Source: Planctomycetota bacterium
GTDB lineage: Bacteria > Planctomycetota > PLA2 > JAEUHO01
Assembly (NCBI GenBank): GCA_965222115.1
Contig: CBDCTJ010000007.1
Location: forward strand, 576,001-640,000
Direction: 5' to 3'
Length of the DNA: 64,000 nt
Made by a program: the position numbers and the translations under genes. Of this stretch, positions 48,037 through 57,570 are shown piece by piece; within the stretch, counting starts at the first letter, position 1, and each line of letters begins with the position of its first letter. Below the pieces are notes generated by a model that saw only the letters and a program-made list of their open reading frames with translations, had not been told where the DNA came from and did not search any database.

Positions 48037-48633
48037 TTACTCGGAGGGCGGGGCGGTCCGAAGAATCAGATCGTAGGCCTCGCGCAACTTGAGGAATCGC
48101 TTGCTTGCAAAGGCTTGAATGGCGGGATCCAAATGAGCGACTTTGTCGGGATGGCTCGCTTGCGCGTGACGGCGGAAGGCCTCATCGATTTCGTCGGCTG
48201 TCGAGTTTGACGTGAGCCCCATGAGATCCAATGCGGACTCGCGCGTCATGAGGCCCGGTTGCGGGTCGATGTGTACTTGATCAACGTCGCTCGCCGCGTT
48301 GGATCGGTGTGGGGCGTTGCGTTCGCTCGCCGGCCCGTGCTTGGACTCACTTTCGTCCCGCGAAACCGATCGATGTTTGGCGTGATCTTGCCAGGGAATC
48401 GAGACGTTGGGGTTCTGTTCGTCGTCGAACGTGGTGGCATGCGATGGCTCGCCTGGGCGGGTATAGCGGTGCCGACCGTGAGGCACGAGCTCGATTTCGT
48501 TGCTGCATTTTGGGCATCGATAGCGCACGCGTGGGCCGCCGCGAGCGGCTGTTCGGGCTTTGAGGATGCCGTATGCCGCTACGTCGTCCCGCGTAAAGGG
48601 CGTCTGGCACCGGTCACACTCGCCGAGTTGCAT
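48037..48633 (-). CDS. J-domain protein with an N-terminal CxxC...CxxC zinc ribbon
   Basis: CDRC and CPKC; C-terminal J-domain HPDKV...LREAYD. Confidence 0.85.
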   Translation of the reverse strand: MQLGECDRCQTPFTRDDVAAYGILKARTAARGGPRVRYRCPKCSNEIELVPHGRHRYTRPGEPSHATTFDDEQNPNVSIPWQDHAKHRSVSRDESESKHGPASERNAPHRSNAASDVDQVHIDPQPGLMTRESALDLMGLTSNSTADEIDEAFRRHAQASHPDKVAHLDPAIQAFASKRFLKLREAYDLILRTAPPSE

Positions 48634-48754
48634 GGGCGTATTCTACGAGATCCCTCATCGGTGTGGAAACGAGACTTGACCTCCGGCGGCCCTGCGTAAC
48701 GATGACCCGCTTGGCAATGCAATTCGCCGAGATGCAGTTCGCCGAGGAGGCGCG

Positions 48755-48880
48755 ATGAAGCTCAAGATTCGAAACTCCACCCGCAAGCGCCGCAAGGTGG
48801 GCTTCCGCGCGCGTATGCGTACCAAGGCGGGCCGTAAGATTGTCAACCGGCGTCGTCGTTTGCGCGGTACGTTTCCTTAA
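48755..48880 (+). CDS. rpmH: 50S ribosomal protein L34 (not in the ORF track)
   Basis: MKLKIRNSTRKRRKVGFRARMRTKAGRKIVNRRRRLRGTFP, with the GFRARMxTxxGR signature; GAGGAGG RBS. Confidence 0.93.
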   Translation: MKLKIRNSTRKRRKVGFRARMRTKAGRKIVNRRRRLRGTFP

Positions 48881-48904
48881 CCCATTAATGTCCCTAACCC
48901 ACTG

Positions 48905-49981
48905 ATGCCTCCGCAACCGCAGCGCCCCGACGAGCGCGAATCCCCCGCGCGCGGTTCATCTCAAGACAAGGTCCGATCGAAAGACCACGTCCGATCGAAA
49001 GGCAAGGCCCGATCGATGAGGAACGTGTCGTCGAAGGCCGTGCTGTCTCGTCGACATGTCCTGCGCGGCGCAAGTGCGGCCGCGGTTATGGGGCTCACGC
49101 CCGGTGTGGCGTTTTCCAAAGACAAACCCGTAGTCATGCCCACACGCGCCCTCGGGAAAACGGGTGTAAACGTGTCGCTCTTTGGCCTTGGGTGTTTTCC
49201 GCTGGGCAAGATGGCTCGCGTGGAGGACGCCATCAATGTGGTCCACGCGTCCGTTCGCGCCGGGTGTACCTATTTTGACACCGCGCCCAGTTACTCACGC
49301 GGCGTCAGTGAAGAACGTTTGGGTCGCGCATTGAAGGCGCTCGGTAAAGACGCCGCGCGCCTGTTTGTTGCCACCAAGACCAACACACGTACCGCGGACG
49401 ATGCCCAGCGTGATTTAGATCAGAGCTTACGACGTCTTGGTCGTACCGCCATCGACATGGTTCAGATTCATGCCATCAAGTCAAAGGATGACATGGCCTT
49501 GGCGCTCGATCCGAAGCGCGGACCGCTCAAGACGTTGTTGCGTGCGCAAGAACAAAAGGTCATTCGTTTTATTGGTGTGACGGGTCACGCCGATCCGCGC
49601 GTGATGAGCGAGACGATTTCGCGCTACGGATTTGACGCCGTGCTGTTTCCACTCAATTGCGTTGATCCACACCACATGCCATTCCAGACGTCTACGTTGC
49701 CCACCGCCATCAAGCGGGGGATGGGTCGCGTGGCGATGAAGGTCTTTGCATCGGGCCGGCTCCCCAAGCGCGGGAAGATCGACCCACGCGCGTGCTTGCG
49801 CTACACCTACGGACTCGACATCTCCACTGCCATCGTGGGGTGTTCCACGGTGGGCGAAGTCGCGTTGGCGGCTTCCGTCGCGCGCGAGAACAAACCCCTC
49901 ACCAAGCGCGAACAAGCGGCGCTTCTGGCAAAAACGGCCCCACTCAAGGGCAAGAAGACCGAGTGGTACAAGCGCGCGTAG
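48905..49981 (+). CDS. Aldo/keto reductase with a Tat signal peptide; start probably near 49025
   Basis: SRRHVLRG Tat motif; LGKTG, YFDTAPSY, ATK, SLRRL, IGVTGH, AMK. Confidence 0.9.
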   Translation: MPPQPQRPDERESPARGSSQDKVRSKDHVRSKGKARSMRNVSSKAVLSRRHVLRGASAAAVMGLTPGVAFSKDKPVVMPTRALGKTGVNVSLFGLGCFPLGKMARVEDAINVVHASVRAGCTYFDTAPSYSRGVSEERLGRALKALGKDAARLFVATKTNTRTADDAQRDLDQSLRRLGRTAIDMVQIHAIKSKDDMALALDPKRGPLKTLLRAQEQKVIRFIGVTGHADPRVMSETISRYGFDAVLFPLNCVDPHHMPFQTSTLPTAIKRGMGRVAMKVFASGRLPKRGKIDPRACLRYTYGLDISTAIVGCSTVGEVALAASVARENKPLTKREQAALLAKTAPLKGKKTEWYKRA

Positions 49982-50087
49982 TGCAGGCGATTGCCTAATC
50001 GTCCCGTATCTATCGACGCCACACCTCACGCGATGCATCACCGTCGGTAGGATACGAGTTCGTTTCGTTACGTATCGGAGCCATCCC

Positions 50088-51149
50088 ATGAGAACCGTTT
50101 TGCTCCTGCTTGCATTGGTGGGTGGCCTCGTTGCACTCATGGTGGCCACGGGCTTATGGGATTCGTTGATTTCGTCATCCGACACACCATCAAGCACGGA
50201 ACCCACGGCGCACGGCACCACGGACCCAGAGAATGGTGAAAACACGACGTTGCGAGGAACCGACACGATCCGTGGCCCGTTGGAAGAGCCTACGCTCCGC
50301 CAACTGGAACAAGAACATCGCGCGTTGCTCATTTCACGTGGCCCCTTTCCCTGGATCAAAGTGGTTGAGACTCAGCTCGGCGCCCATAAAAACTTGGCGT
50401 ATCAAACGTGGTATACCGACACGACGAACGCGCTCGATCTCGACGCGGGCCCCGGATCGGGGCCGGGGCGTGACTTGCCGGACTTGACGGACACGCCCGA
50501 CGCATCGTTCTTAGAGAACAACAACATCGACCTCTTGCTGCTCGACGAGATTGACCCGCATGCGATTCCGGATCAGTTTTGGGAGGCGGTGCGCACGCGT
50601 GTGAACAACGGCACGATGGGGCTTTGGGTTCATCCGGGCATTCCGTATGCCACCACGAAAGGCGACAAAGCGCCCGCGGTCCATCCCATGCTGGAGCACG
50701 ACCTGTTGAAGGGATTGCTGCCGGTTACCGACGCGTTGGAAATCAAAGGCACCCCCGTGCCCGGCGTGGTGGCCGACAGCAGCAAGGAACCTCGGCCCTT
50801 CATACTGACGGAGAAGGGAAAAAAGCACGTAGCCGTACAGTTTTACGACGATCCACGAAAGACGGAGCGACTTTGGCAACAGGTGACGGCAGGCAAGTAC
50901 GGGTGGCGCGTGCGCTTCTGTTATCCCGTTACGAAGTTGGCGGAGGGCGCAACGACGTTGGTTGAAGTCGACACCGGCAAGCTCGACAACCTTCCGGCCA
51001 TCGTGGTGTCGGATGCGTCAAACGGTCGCGTATTTTGGCTCGGTACCGATTCGATGGGCTGGGACGCCCTCTATCAATCCACGTCCACTGGACGCATGCA
51101 CAAGCTCATGTCCAACTGGCTTGGGTGGTTGGTGGGGGAAACGGAATAG
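50088..51149 (+). CDS. Hypothetical exported or membrane-anchored protein (GATase1-like fold possible)
   Basis: MRTVLLLLALVGGLVALM hydrophobic N-terminus; GGAG RBS; GRVFWLGTDS. Confidence 0.65.
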   Translation: MRTVLLLLALVGGLVALMVATGLWDSLISSSDTPSSTEPTAHGTTDPENGENTTLRGTDTIRGPLEEPTLRQLEQEHRALLISRGPFPWIKVVETQLGAHKNLAYQTWYTDTTNALDLDAGPGSGPGRDLPDLTDTPDASFLENNNIDLLLLDEIDPHAIPDQFWEAVRTRVNNGTMGLWVHPGIPYATTKGDKAPAVHPMLEHDLLKGLLPVTDALEIKGTPVPGVVADSSKEPRPFILTEKGKKHVAVQFYDDPRKTERLWQQVTAGKYGWRVRFCYPVTKLAEGATTLVEVDTGKLDNLPAIVVSDASNGRVFWLGTDSMGWDALYQSTSTGRMHKLMSNWLGWLVGETE

Positions 51150-51172
51150 ATCCAAGCGGCAAGGCCTCGGCG

Positions 51173-54100
51173 CTACTCTTCCGGAGCATTGCGTTCACGG
51201 TCGGCGCGGGCCGCTTCTTTCTTGATGTAATCCTTTTCGCGAAGCGGCTCGAGTTCTTTGCACGCGTTGGCACGGGTGATGAGTGTTCGATCGCGAATAA
51301 GTGCGTTGCGCAGGGCGACGCGGGCCGCGCGCACATTGCCGGTGGCGGCATACAGGCGCGCGAGCAAGAAGTGATATCCGCCGCTGCGTAGATCGTGAGC
51401 CCGGGGGACGCGTTCTTGAATCAGAAGAAGCCCTTCCTTGGGGCGTCCTTGTTCCAAGAGCACCGTGGCCCATGTGTCGGCGGTGTTCAGCGTGATGCGA
51501 CCGGTTGAACGTTGTTCAAGGGTGGCGGCGTAGGCGGCACGCTTCTCAGCCGTGGGGAGTTCAAACCGCGCAAGTGCTTGATACCACGACACGGTATTCC
51601 AGGTGGATGCCGCGTGACGATGGCGAGCGATGGCGCGTTCAAAGGTCGTTCGTGCCGCGTCCGCGTCGCCCGCCTGTGCGTGGGCGGCAGCCCGAAGTGC
51701 CAATGCCGTGGTTTCCGCTTCCGCCAATACGTTGCGCTCGGCCATGCTCAGTTCGCGCTGCCGGATGAGTGCGGCGGCGCGCGACTGCTCACGCGCGGCT
51801 TGCTCAAATGTCCCCGTGTTTCCGTGATCGGATGCGTTTTCAATCCGCACCAAGTAGTCAAGTGCGCTATCAACCGGAAGCGTATGCGCCATGTAAGATC
51901 CCACCACGTTCGCCGCCTTGGTCTTACGCCCCGTCCGTCGATCTCGAAGCGCCGTGCGCACGCAACTGAGGTACACATCGGGAAGATTTGCTAGGCGCCC
52001 CGTAGCCTGCAGCTGGGCAAGTGTATCCTCAAGTAGCGATGCAAGCTTTTCGTCCTTAAGCACTTTGATCTGGCTTGCGAGTTCGAACGCGTCGCGGGGA
52101 AAGACATCACCTGTGGTTGCCGCACCGGCAGCGCGGTACATCAGCACGCCGAGAGGCGAGGCCTCGCGCCCAGAGAACGCCGGCCCTCGTTGAATCACGC
52201 CGCGCGCCACGCGCCGTTGGCACGTGCGACAAAACAGAAGAAAGCGGTCGTCAAAGATCATGCGTACGAGTTCGGCGACCACCGGTAAGTAACGCGTTTC
52301 GGCGACGCTTCGCGCCAAGGCACGCACACGACCCTCGTAGTGGGCATCACGCACACCCTGAATCCCAAACGCCTGCAAATGATCGCGACGTTCTTGCGTA
52401 TGAAACGCTTCGATCTCGAGCTTGAGGGTTGCCAGCAGCCGGCGCGCCAGTGTGTCACTCGCCTTGAGGCCCAACACTTGTCCAACGGCCCACTGCATAC
52501 TCGCGTCGTCGCTGCGGCCGGGCGGTGGGGGTGTGGGCAAGGGCGCAGCCACGGACGGAACGACCCCGAGCCAGGTTGCCATACGCGCGCGGTCCTCGTT
52601 GGTCACGTTGCCGTGCAAGGCATTTACCGCGATGTGACGCAGGGATTCGGTTTGCATCGGGTCCAGCAGGACGTCCATAAAAATGTGATGGACACGTGCA
52701 TCGGGGCACAACGTCAGTGCCGTGAGGATGTCTTCGCCCACCGCGAGGTAGATGTCGTCGCGCTCGCTGGCATCGTCGCCTTTCCGCCAGGCGTCAAAGT
52801 GAGGCACCAAGATCTCGCTAAAGTCCGGTACGGTTCCCCCGTCGCGCACCGGCGTGCCCAAGTCACGAATCACTTCGTCCAGGTCGAGCAGCGAAGAGGT
52901 AAACAGACGTCGCCAAAGCGCTGCCACGTCTTTGCTTCGGTAGGCCCAATAGCCCTTGACCACATCCAATGCGTGGCGCAACAAGCGCGCGCGTTCCTCT
53001 TTGGGGTGGGCGATCGCAAGTGCGAAGTCAATGGCCGCATGGCGAGCAGCTTTGCCTCGGACTTCACCCAACTGCCGGAGTGATGTTGCACGTATGCGAT
53101 CGGTAGGGAAGGTATCAAACCCGTCCCGAACATACGTGACTGCCGCCATCGGATGCACTTGCAGCAAGGCATAGATGTAGAACTGAATCTCGGTTGCCGA
53201 CGTGGGTGGGTGTGGAATCGTCTCCACGACCGCGCGCACCTTCTCGCTGCGCAACACGGGACGATTGCGACCGAACAACTCAAGTGCCTGCAAGCGAACG
53301 TGGCGCCGTTCATCGGCAAAGGCGTCTTTCAACACGGCAATGTGTTTGTCCTCGCCCTCACGAACCAACGCCCACAAACGCTGTTCACCGTGTTCTTCAG
53401 GGCGCTTGAAATACTGCGCGCGGAGGATGTCGAATGCGCGCGATTCGCTGCGCTTTTCCAAGACTTCGCGCGCTTCACGGCGCAGCCCGGCGTCCTCGTG
53501 GTCGCACGCTGCTTCCAAGATGTCGAGTGCCCACGCCGCGGGTTCGACGGCCAAGGTGCGAATGGCGTCGGTGCGAACGCTTCGGTCCGTTTCGTCAAGG
53601 ACCAGTGCTCGCGCGGTGGCTTCATCGCCGATTTGACCCACTTCGCGCAGTGCGCTAGCGGCCGCGACGCGGGTGAAACGATGGTAAGGATCGTTCGATG
53701 TACTTGATTGCGTAACGAGGTTGCGAAGGTGGGGCAAAGCGATGGCTGGCGCCAACGCGCGAATGAGCATGACACCTTCGCGCGGATCGGCATACCGTTG
53801 TCGGTCGAGTGCGTCCAACACCGGCTCCACAATGCGTTGCCCCTCTTCGGGCAGGCGTTGGCGTAAACGATGTTCGGGAATCGGTCGTTTGTCGAACGGA
53901 TTCATGTCGATGGGGGCCGCGGCCCACGCAATGGCTTTGGCAATCAGCGCCGTTCGCGTCGCTTCATCGAGGTCATCTCGGTCGAGCAGGGTTGTCACAC
54001 CATCCATCAGGGCTTGGCGCCATGCCACCGACGCGCGCGCTTGAGCGGAAGATTTGGCGGCCGACAACGTGGTGGGCATGGGCGCCTTGGCCGCGGTCTC

Positions 54101-54922
54101 TCCGCGCGCTTCAATCGTCGTGAGCGCGTGATGCAACGTCGCGGTGTCTACGTTGGACGTGTGCGCAACGATGTACGTAGCGCCGCCAAGAGCCAAATCG
54201 TCATCTTGTTCGTTGGCCAGTGCGCGTAGTGCCATGGATTGAAGGCGTGGGCTCTGGTCTTGACGACTTGCGTGCAGTCGTAGCCGCATGGCAACCACAT
54301 CGGGTTCGGCATCATCCGGTAGCGCAAGGCGAAGTTCACGCGCCACAGACGTGGTGTGGGCGAACAAGCCTCGCAGTGCCGCCAATCGAACACCCGCTAT
54401 GGGGTCGTTCGCGAGCGTTGCCAACGCCTCTGCGGCATCCGTTGTGTCGTGACGCATGAGCCCCGACGCCGCGATCATGCGCAACGATGGCCGTGTTTCG
54501 CCCAATGCATGAATAAGTCGCGCACGACTAACGGGATCACGGCTTGAAGCCAGGACTTGCAACAGACTCGCGCGCACTTCCACGGGTGCGTCACGCCTAG
54601 AAGCGAGGCACTCTGCCGCGTGCAACATGCCCGCGCGACCCAATGAAACCAACAGCGACACACCATGCGCCTGGCGATGGGCGTCTTGGCTATAAATCGC
54701 TTGGTCGGCGCGGGATAGCAGGGTGTGTTCGCGAGTCATGCCGTCGTAGGTGGCTTGGTCGGCGTCGCTTAGTGGGGGGTAGCCAAGTGGGGGGGATTTG
54801 GTGGCGTGTTCGCCCGCATGCGCGTGCCACGCGGTGGTAAGCAGTAGCACCATCGACACGGCGATCCACCCGATTCGCCTTGTTCTCGTCGTTCTTCTTA
54901 GGTGCTCCATCATCTTTCGCAT
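51173..54922 (-). CDS. Large exported HEAT-repeat protein with a C-terminal TPR
   Basis: Signal peptide ending AWHAHA; HEAT-like repeats (DPIAGVRLAAL, TRVAAASAL, VRTDAIRTL, VRLQALE); TPR-like C-terminus. The track's extension to 55501 overlaps nnrD. Confidence 0.75.
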   Translation of the reverse strand: MRKMMEHLRRTTRTRRIGWIAVSMVLLLTTAWHAHAGEHATKSPPLGYPPLSDADQATYDGMTREHTLLSRADQAIYSQDAHRQAHGVSLLVSLGRAGMLHAAECLASRRDAPVEVRASLLQVLASSRDPVSRARLIHALGETRPSLRMIAASGLMRHDTTDAAEALATLANDPIAGVRLAALRGLFAHTTSVARELRLALPDDAEPDVVAMRLRLHASRQDQSPRLQSMALRALANEQDDDLALGGATYIVAHTSNVDTATLHHALTTIEARGETAAKAPMPTTLSAAKSSAQARASVAWRQALMDGVTTLLDRDDLDEATRTALIAKAIAWAAAPIDMNPFDKRPIPEHRLRQRLPEEGQRIVEPVLDALDRQRYADPREGVMLIRALAPAIALPHLRNLVTQSSTSNDPYHRFTRVAAASALREVGQIGDEATARALVLDETDRSVRTDAIRTLAVEPAAWALDILEAACDHEDAGLRREAREVLEKRSESRAFDILRAQYFKRPEEHGEQRLWALVREGEDKHIAVLKDAFADERRHVRLQALELFGRNRPVLRSEKVRAVVETIPHPPTSATEIQFYIYALLQVHPMAAVTYVRDGFDTFPTDRIRATSLRQLGEVRGKAARHAAIDFALAIAHPKEERARLLRHALDVVKGYWAYRSKDVAALWRRLFTSSLLDLDEVIRDLGTPVRDGGTVPDFSEILVPHFDAWRKGDDASERDDIYLAVGEDILTALTLCPDARVHHIFMDVLLDPMQTESLRHIAVNALHGNVTNEDRARMATWLGVVPSVAAPLPTPPPPGRSDDASMQWAVGQVLGLKASDTLARRLLATLKLEIEAFHTQERRDHLQAFGIQGVRDAHYEGRVRALARSVAETRYLPVVAELVRMIFDDRFLLFCRTCQRRVARGVIQRGPAFSGREASPLGVLMYRAAGAATTGDVFPRDAFELASQIKVLKDEKLASLLEDTLAQLQATGRLANLPDVYLSCVRTALRDRRTGRKTKAANVVGSYMAHTLPVDSALDYLVRIENASDHGNTGTFEQAAREQSRAAALIRQRELSMAERNVLAEAETTALALRAAAHAQAGDADAARTTFERAIARHRHAASTWNTVSWYQALARFELPTAEKRAAYAATLEQRSTGRITLNTADTWATVLLEQGRPKEGLLLIQERVPRAHDLRSGGYHFLLARLYAATGNVRAARVALRNALIRDRTLITRANACKELEPLREKDYIKKEAARADRERNAPEE

Positions 54923-54986
54923 GTGCGCGCAAGAAGAACGGGTAGATGGCATCGGTACGCGTGGATGAGGCATGATCAACGGCGTT

Positions 54987-55904
54987 TCACTCGTCGTGAA
55001 GCGTGCCAGCTTCTTCGAGCAGTTGCGACAGCGCTTCGGGCACGCCGTCTGCGATTTCGGAGGAAAGAACGCCGCGGTCCACCGGCTCGCCGTTCGCGCC
55101 ACGACCCGACACGCGCGCGGCAGCGACAGCCCCCGCAACGCCGTGCACAAAGACGGCGGCGCACACGCCGTTAAAAGGCTGTTCCGGCTCCTCGGCAGCC
55201 AAAAACGCCGCCACGACGCCTGCCAGGACGTCGCCCGAGCCGGCACACGCCAATACCGGGCCTCCGCTCCCATTGCGGTACATCCGTCGCCCGTCGGTAA
55301 CCAGTGTGCCGGGGCCTTTGAGCACCGCCAGCGTGCCCGACCCCGTTGCCAGAGCCAGCGCAGCACCTGTACGATCGGTTTCAACATCACGCGCATGTCG
55401 TTGCAGGAGGCGTGCCGCTTCGCCTTCGTGTGGCGTGAGGACCAAGGTTTTCGCTGGCGACTTGAGCGTGGCAAGTTGACCGGCCCAGGCGTTGAGCCCA
55501 TCGGCGTCGAGCACGACGGACGAGGGACACGTGTTTACGATTTCGCGCAAGAGCTCAAACGTTTGTTCGTCTTGTGCGCATCCTGGACCAACCACCACGG
55601 CATCGGCCCACGCAAGGGGGTCGCGAAGTGTTTCCATCGCCGACGGCGCTAAGCCACCCGACGTAGTCTCGCGCAGCGCCATCGTCATCACCTCGGGCAT
55701 CATGCTGGCAGCGATGGTGTGAATCGATTGCGGGACGGCCACGCGAACGAGTCCCGCGCCCGCACGCAGCGCACCCCGGGCCGCAAGTACCGGGGCGCCC
55801 GACATGAAGCGCGAGCCACCGATGACCAACACACGTCCCGCACGTCCCTTGTGCACATTGGATGGCCGGCGGCGAATGCGTGGTGGGGTTGTGACGATTT
55901 CCAT
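54987..55904 (-). CDS. nnrD: ADP-dependent NAD(P)H-hydrate dehydratase (YjeF C-terminal)
   Basis: HKGRAGRVLVIGGS, GAGLV, VVGPG, VLDADGLN, LTPHEGE, LKG, AGSGDVLAG. Confidence 0.92.
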   Translation of the reverse strand: MEIVTTPPRIRRRPSNVHKGRAGRVLVIGGSRFMSGAPVLAARGALRAGAGLVRVAVPQSIHTIAASMMPEVMTMALRETTSGGLAPSAMETLRDPLAWADAVVVGPGCAQDEQTFELLREIVNTCPSSVVLDADGLNAWAGQLATLKSPAKTLVLTPHEGEAARLLQRHARDVETDRTGAALALATGSGTLAVLKGPGTLVTDGRRMYRNGSGGPVLACAGSGDVLAGVVAAFLAAEEPEQPFNGVCAAVFVHGVAGAVAAARVSGRGANGEPVDRGVLSSEIADGVPEALSQLLEEAGTLHDE

Positions 55905-55969
55905 GCGCGGTAGAGCCTACCTTCTATCGCTGGGGACGCGTCCCAAACCGTCAGCGGGCGCGTATTTGG

Positions 55970-57016
55970 CTACAAACGAATACCCAGCACCATTTCACCG
56001 ATCGCTTGGCCTGCGTGGTTGGTAAGGATCTGCGGTGCGTAGCGTTTGGCCAGCAAATCGAATTTCGGCGCTGGGAGCACGTCGAGGTGACGCAAAATCT
56101 CCAGGACCAAGCGATGAAATCCGCGGTCTTGACCATCGTCCACTTTGACAGCAAGTCCCAGTCCATGCTCGAGGATGGACACGCCATACACACCCTCCGC
56201 GCCCACCTTTGCTACGACGCGTCCCTCGGTTGCTTCCATCAACGCCGTATCAAAGCGGTGTTTGCCTGCAACGAGGTACGGGTGCGCAGTCATCGCACGC
56301 TGCACGCGTGCCAAACCGTCGGCCAACTGGGTGGGTGCGTGATCCTGATCTGCAAGTCTCGATAGTGCGTGTGCCAAACCGTGTAACGACACGCGATGCA
56401 CCGGCGCACCACAGCCATCGATGCCGAGATCGATTTCGTTATGTGCGAGGCCCGTGCATGCGGCAATGTGACGCAGCACGAGTTGTTGCACGTCATGGGA
56501 TGGCGCGAGGTAGTCGTCAAGGGGGGCATCCATGGCGTGTGCCGCGGCCAACATCATGGCGTGTTTGCCCGAGCAGTTGGACACAATCGGAGGAAATCCG
56601 CCATCGGGCTTTTCTTGCGTGCGCGCCACCGACCGAGCGATGGACCAATGGCCGCCACACCGAAGCGCCGTCTTTGGAATGTTGGCTCGTTTCAGGAGTG
56701 AAGCCACCGCGTCCAGATGTTGCGATTCTGCGTTGTGGCTCGCGGACGCAATGGCGAGATCTTCTTCGGTCAGCGCAAAGCGATCCCATGCGCCCGACGT
56801 GTAGCCCGCGAGCGCCTGAAAGGGTTTGAGTGTGGAGCGCGCGTAGACACGACGTGCGGCATCGCCCGCCGACGCCACAATATGGGCGCCGCGGCTGAGA
56901 ACGAACGCGCCGCGATGCAGGCTTTCCACACGTTCACCACGCGTTAAATAGACCAACACGACGCTCGATGGCGCCTCGCGAACCGGCGGTGGGCGGAAGT
57001 CCTTGGGCTCGTTCAC
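55970..57016 (-). CDS. Rhizobium etli-type (class 3) L-asparaginase
   Basis: ESLHRG, RSTLKPFQA, SHNAE, NCSGKH, DGCGAP, KVGAEG, KVDDG. Confidence 0.88.
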   Translation of the reverse strand: MNEPKDFRPPPVREAPSSVVLVYLTRGERVESLHRGAFVLSRGAHIVASAGDAARRVYARSTLKPFQALAGYTSGAWDRFALTEEDLAIASASHNAESQHLDAVASLLKRANIPKTALRCGGHWSIARSVARTQEKPDGGFPPIVSNCSGKHAMMLAAAHAMDAPLDDYLAPSHDVQQLVLRHIAACTGLAHNEIDLGIDGCGAPVHRVSLHGLAHALSRLADQDHAPTQLADGLARVQRAMTAHPYLVAGKHRFDTALMEATEGRVVAKVGAEGVYGVSILEHGLGLAVKVDDGQDRGFHRLVLEILRHLDVLPAPKFDLLAKRYAPQILTNHAGQAIGEMVLGIRL

Positions 57017-57132
57017 GGCTCGGTGTTGAACCACACCCGACCACGCCCTGGTAGCATTGCGTCGACAGCCATGCATACGAACGTGCGAACGCCACGGGGT
57101 GGTGCGATCGCGTTCGGCGGGAGTCTCGTTTC

Positions 57133-57537
57133 ATGATCAAGATGCAAGTCAAGAGCATCAAGATCAATGACATCGGCGATCGGCAGTTCATTGTGCTTAC
57201 GGAAGTGGACGGCCCGCGCTCGTTGACGATCGTGATTGGCTACGGCGAAGCGCGCGCGATCGATCGATTCTTGGAAGAGCGTCGCTTGCCGCGGCCCATG
57301 ACGCACGACCTTGTGGCGGCCATCATCGAGGCGGCGCAATGCTCGGTGGAGCATGTACACGTCACCGAACTCAAGGATGGCACGTTCTTCGCGTTGATTC
57401 GATTGCAACTGATGGATGGCTCGATTGCTGAGGTGGATGCGCGCCCCAGCGACGCCATTGCGTTGGCTACATCGGTCAAAGCACCCATCTATGTGGCCGA
57501 AGACGTCTTGATGGAATCGATGACGCTTGAATTTTGA
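57133..57537 (+). CDS. Bifunctional nuclease family protein (DUF151)
   Basis: IVIGYGEA, RPMTHDL, GTFFA, DARPSDAIALA. Confidence 0.92.
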   Translation: MIKMQVKSIKINDIGDRQFIVLTEVDGPRSLTIVIGYGEARAIDRFLEERRLPRPMTHDLVAAIIEAAQCSVEHVHVTELKDGTFFALIRLQLMDGSIAEVDARPSDAIALATSVKAPIYVAEDVLMESMTLEF

Positions 57538-57570
57538 GCGTTGAAATATATTCACGGCAAAGGAAGAACC

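Noticed and set aside
48968-49021. CRISPR or iteron interpretation of the short repeats (also 40968-41025)
   Set aside because: Only 2-3 units, no unique 25-45 bp spacers, and no cas or rep genes.
54923-55501. N-terminal extension of the HEAT-repeat ORF
   Set aside because: It overlaps nnrD in another frame, and the signal peptide begins near 54922.
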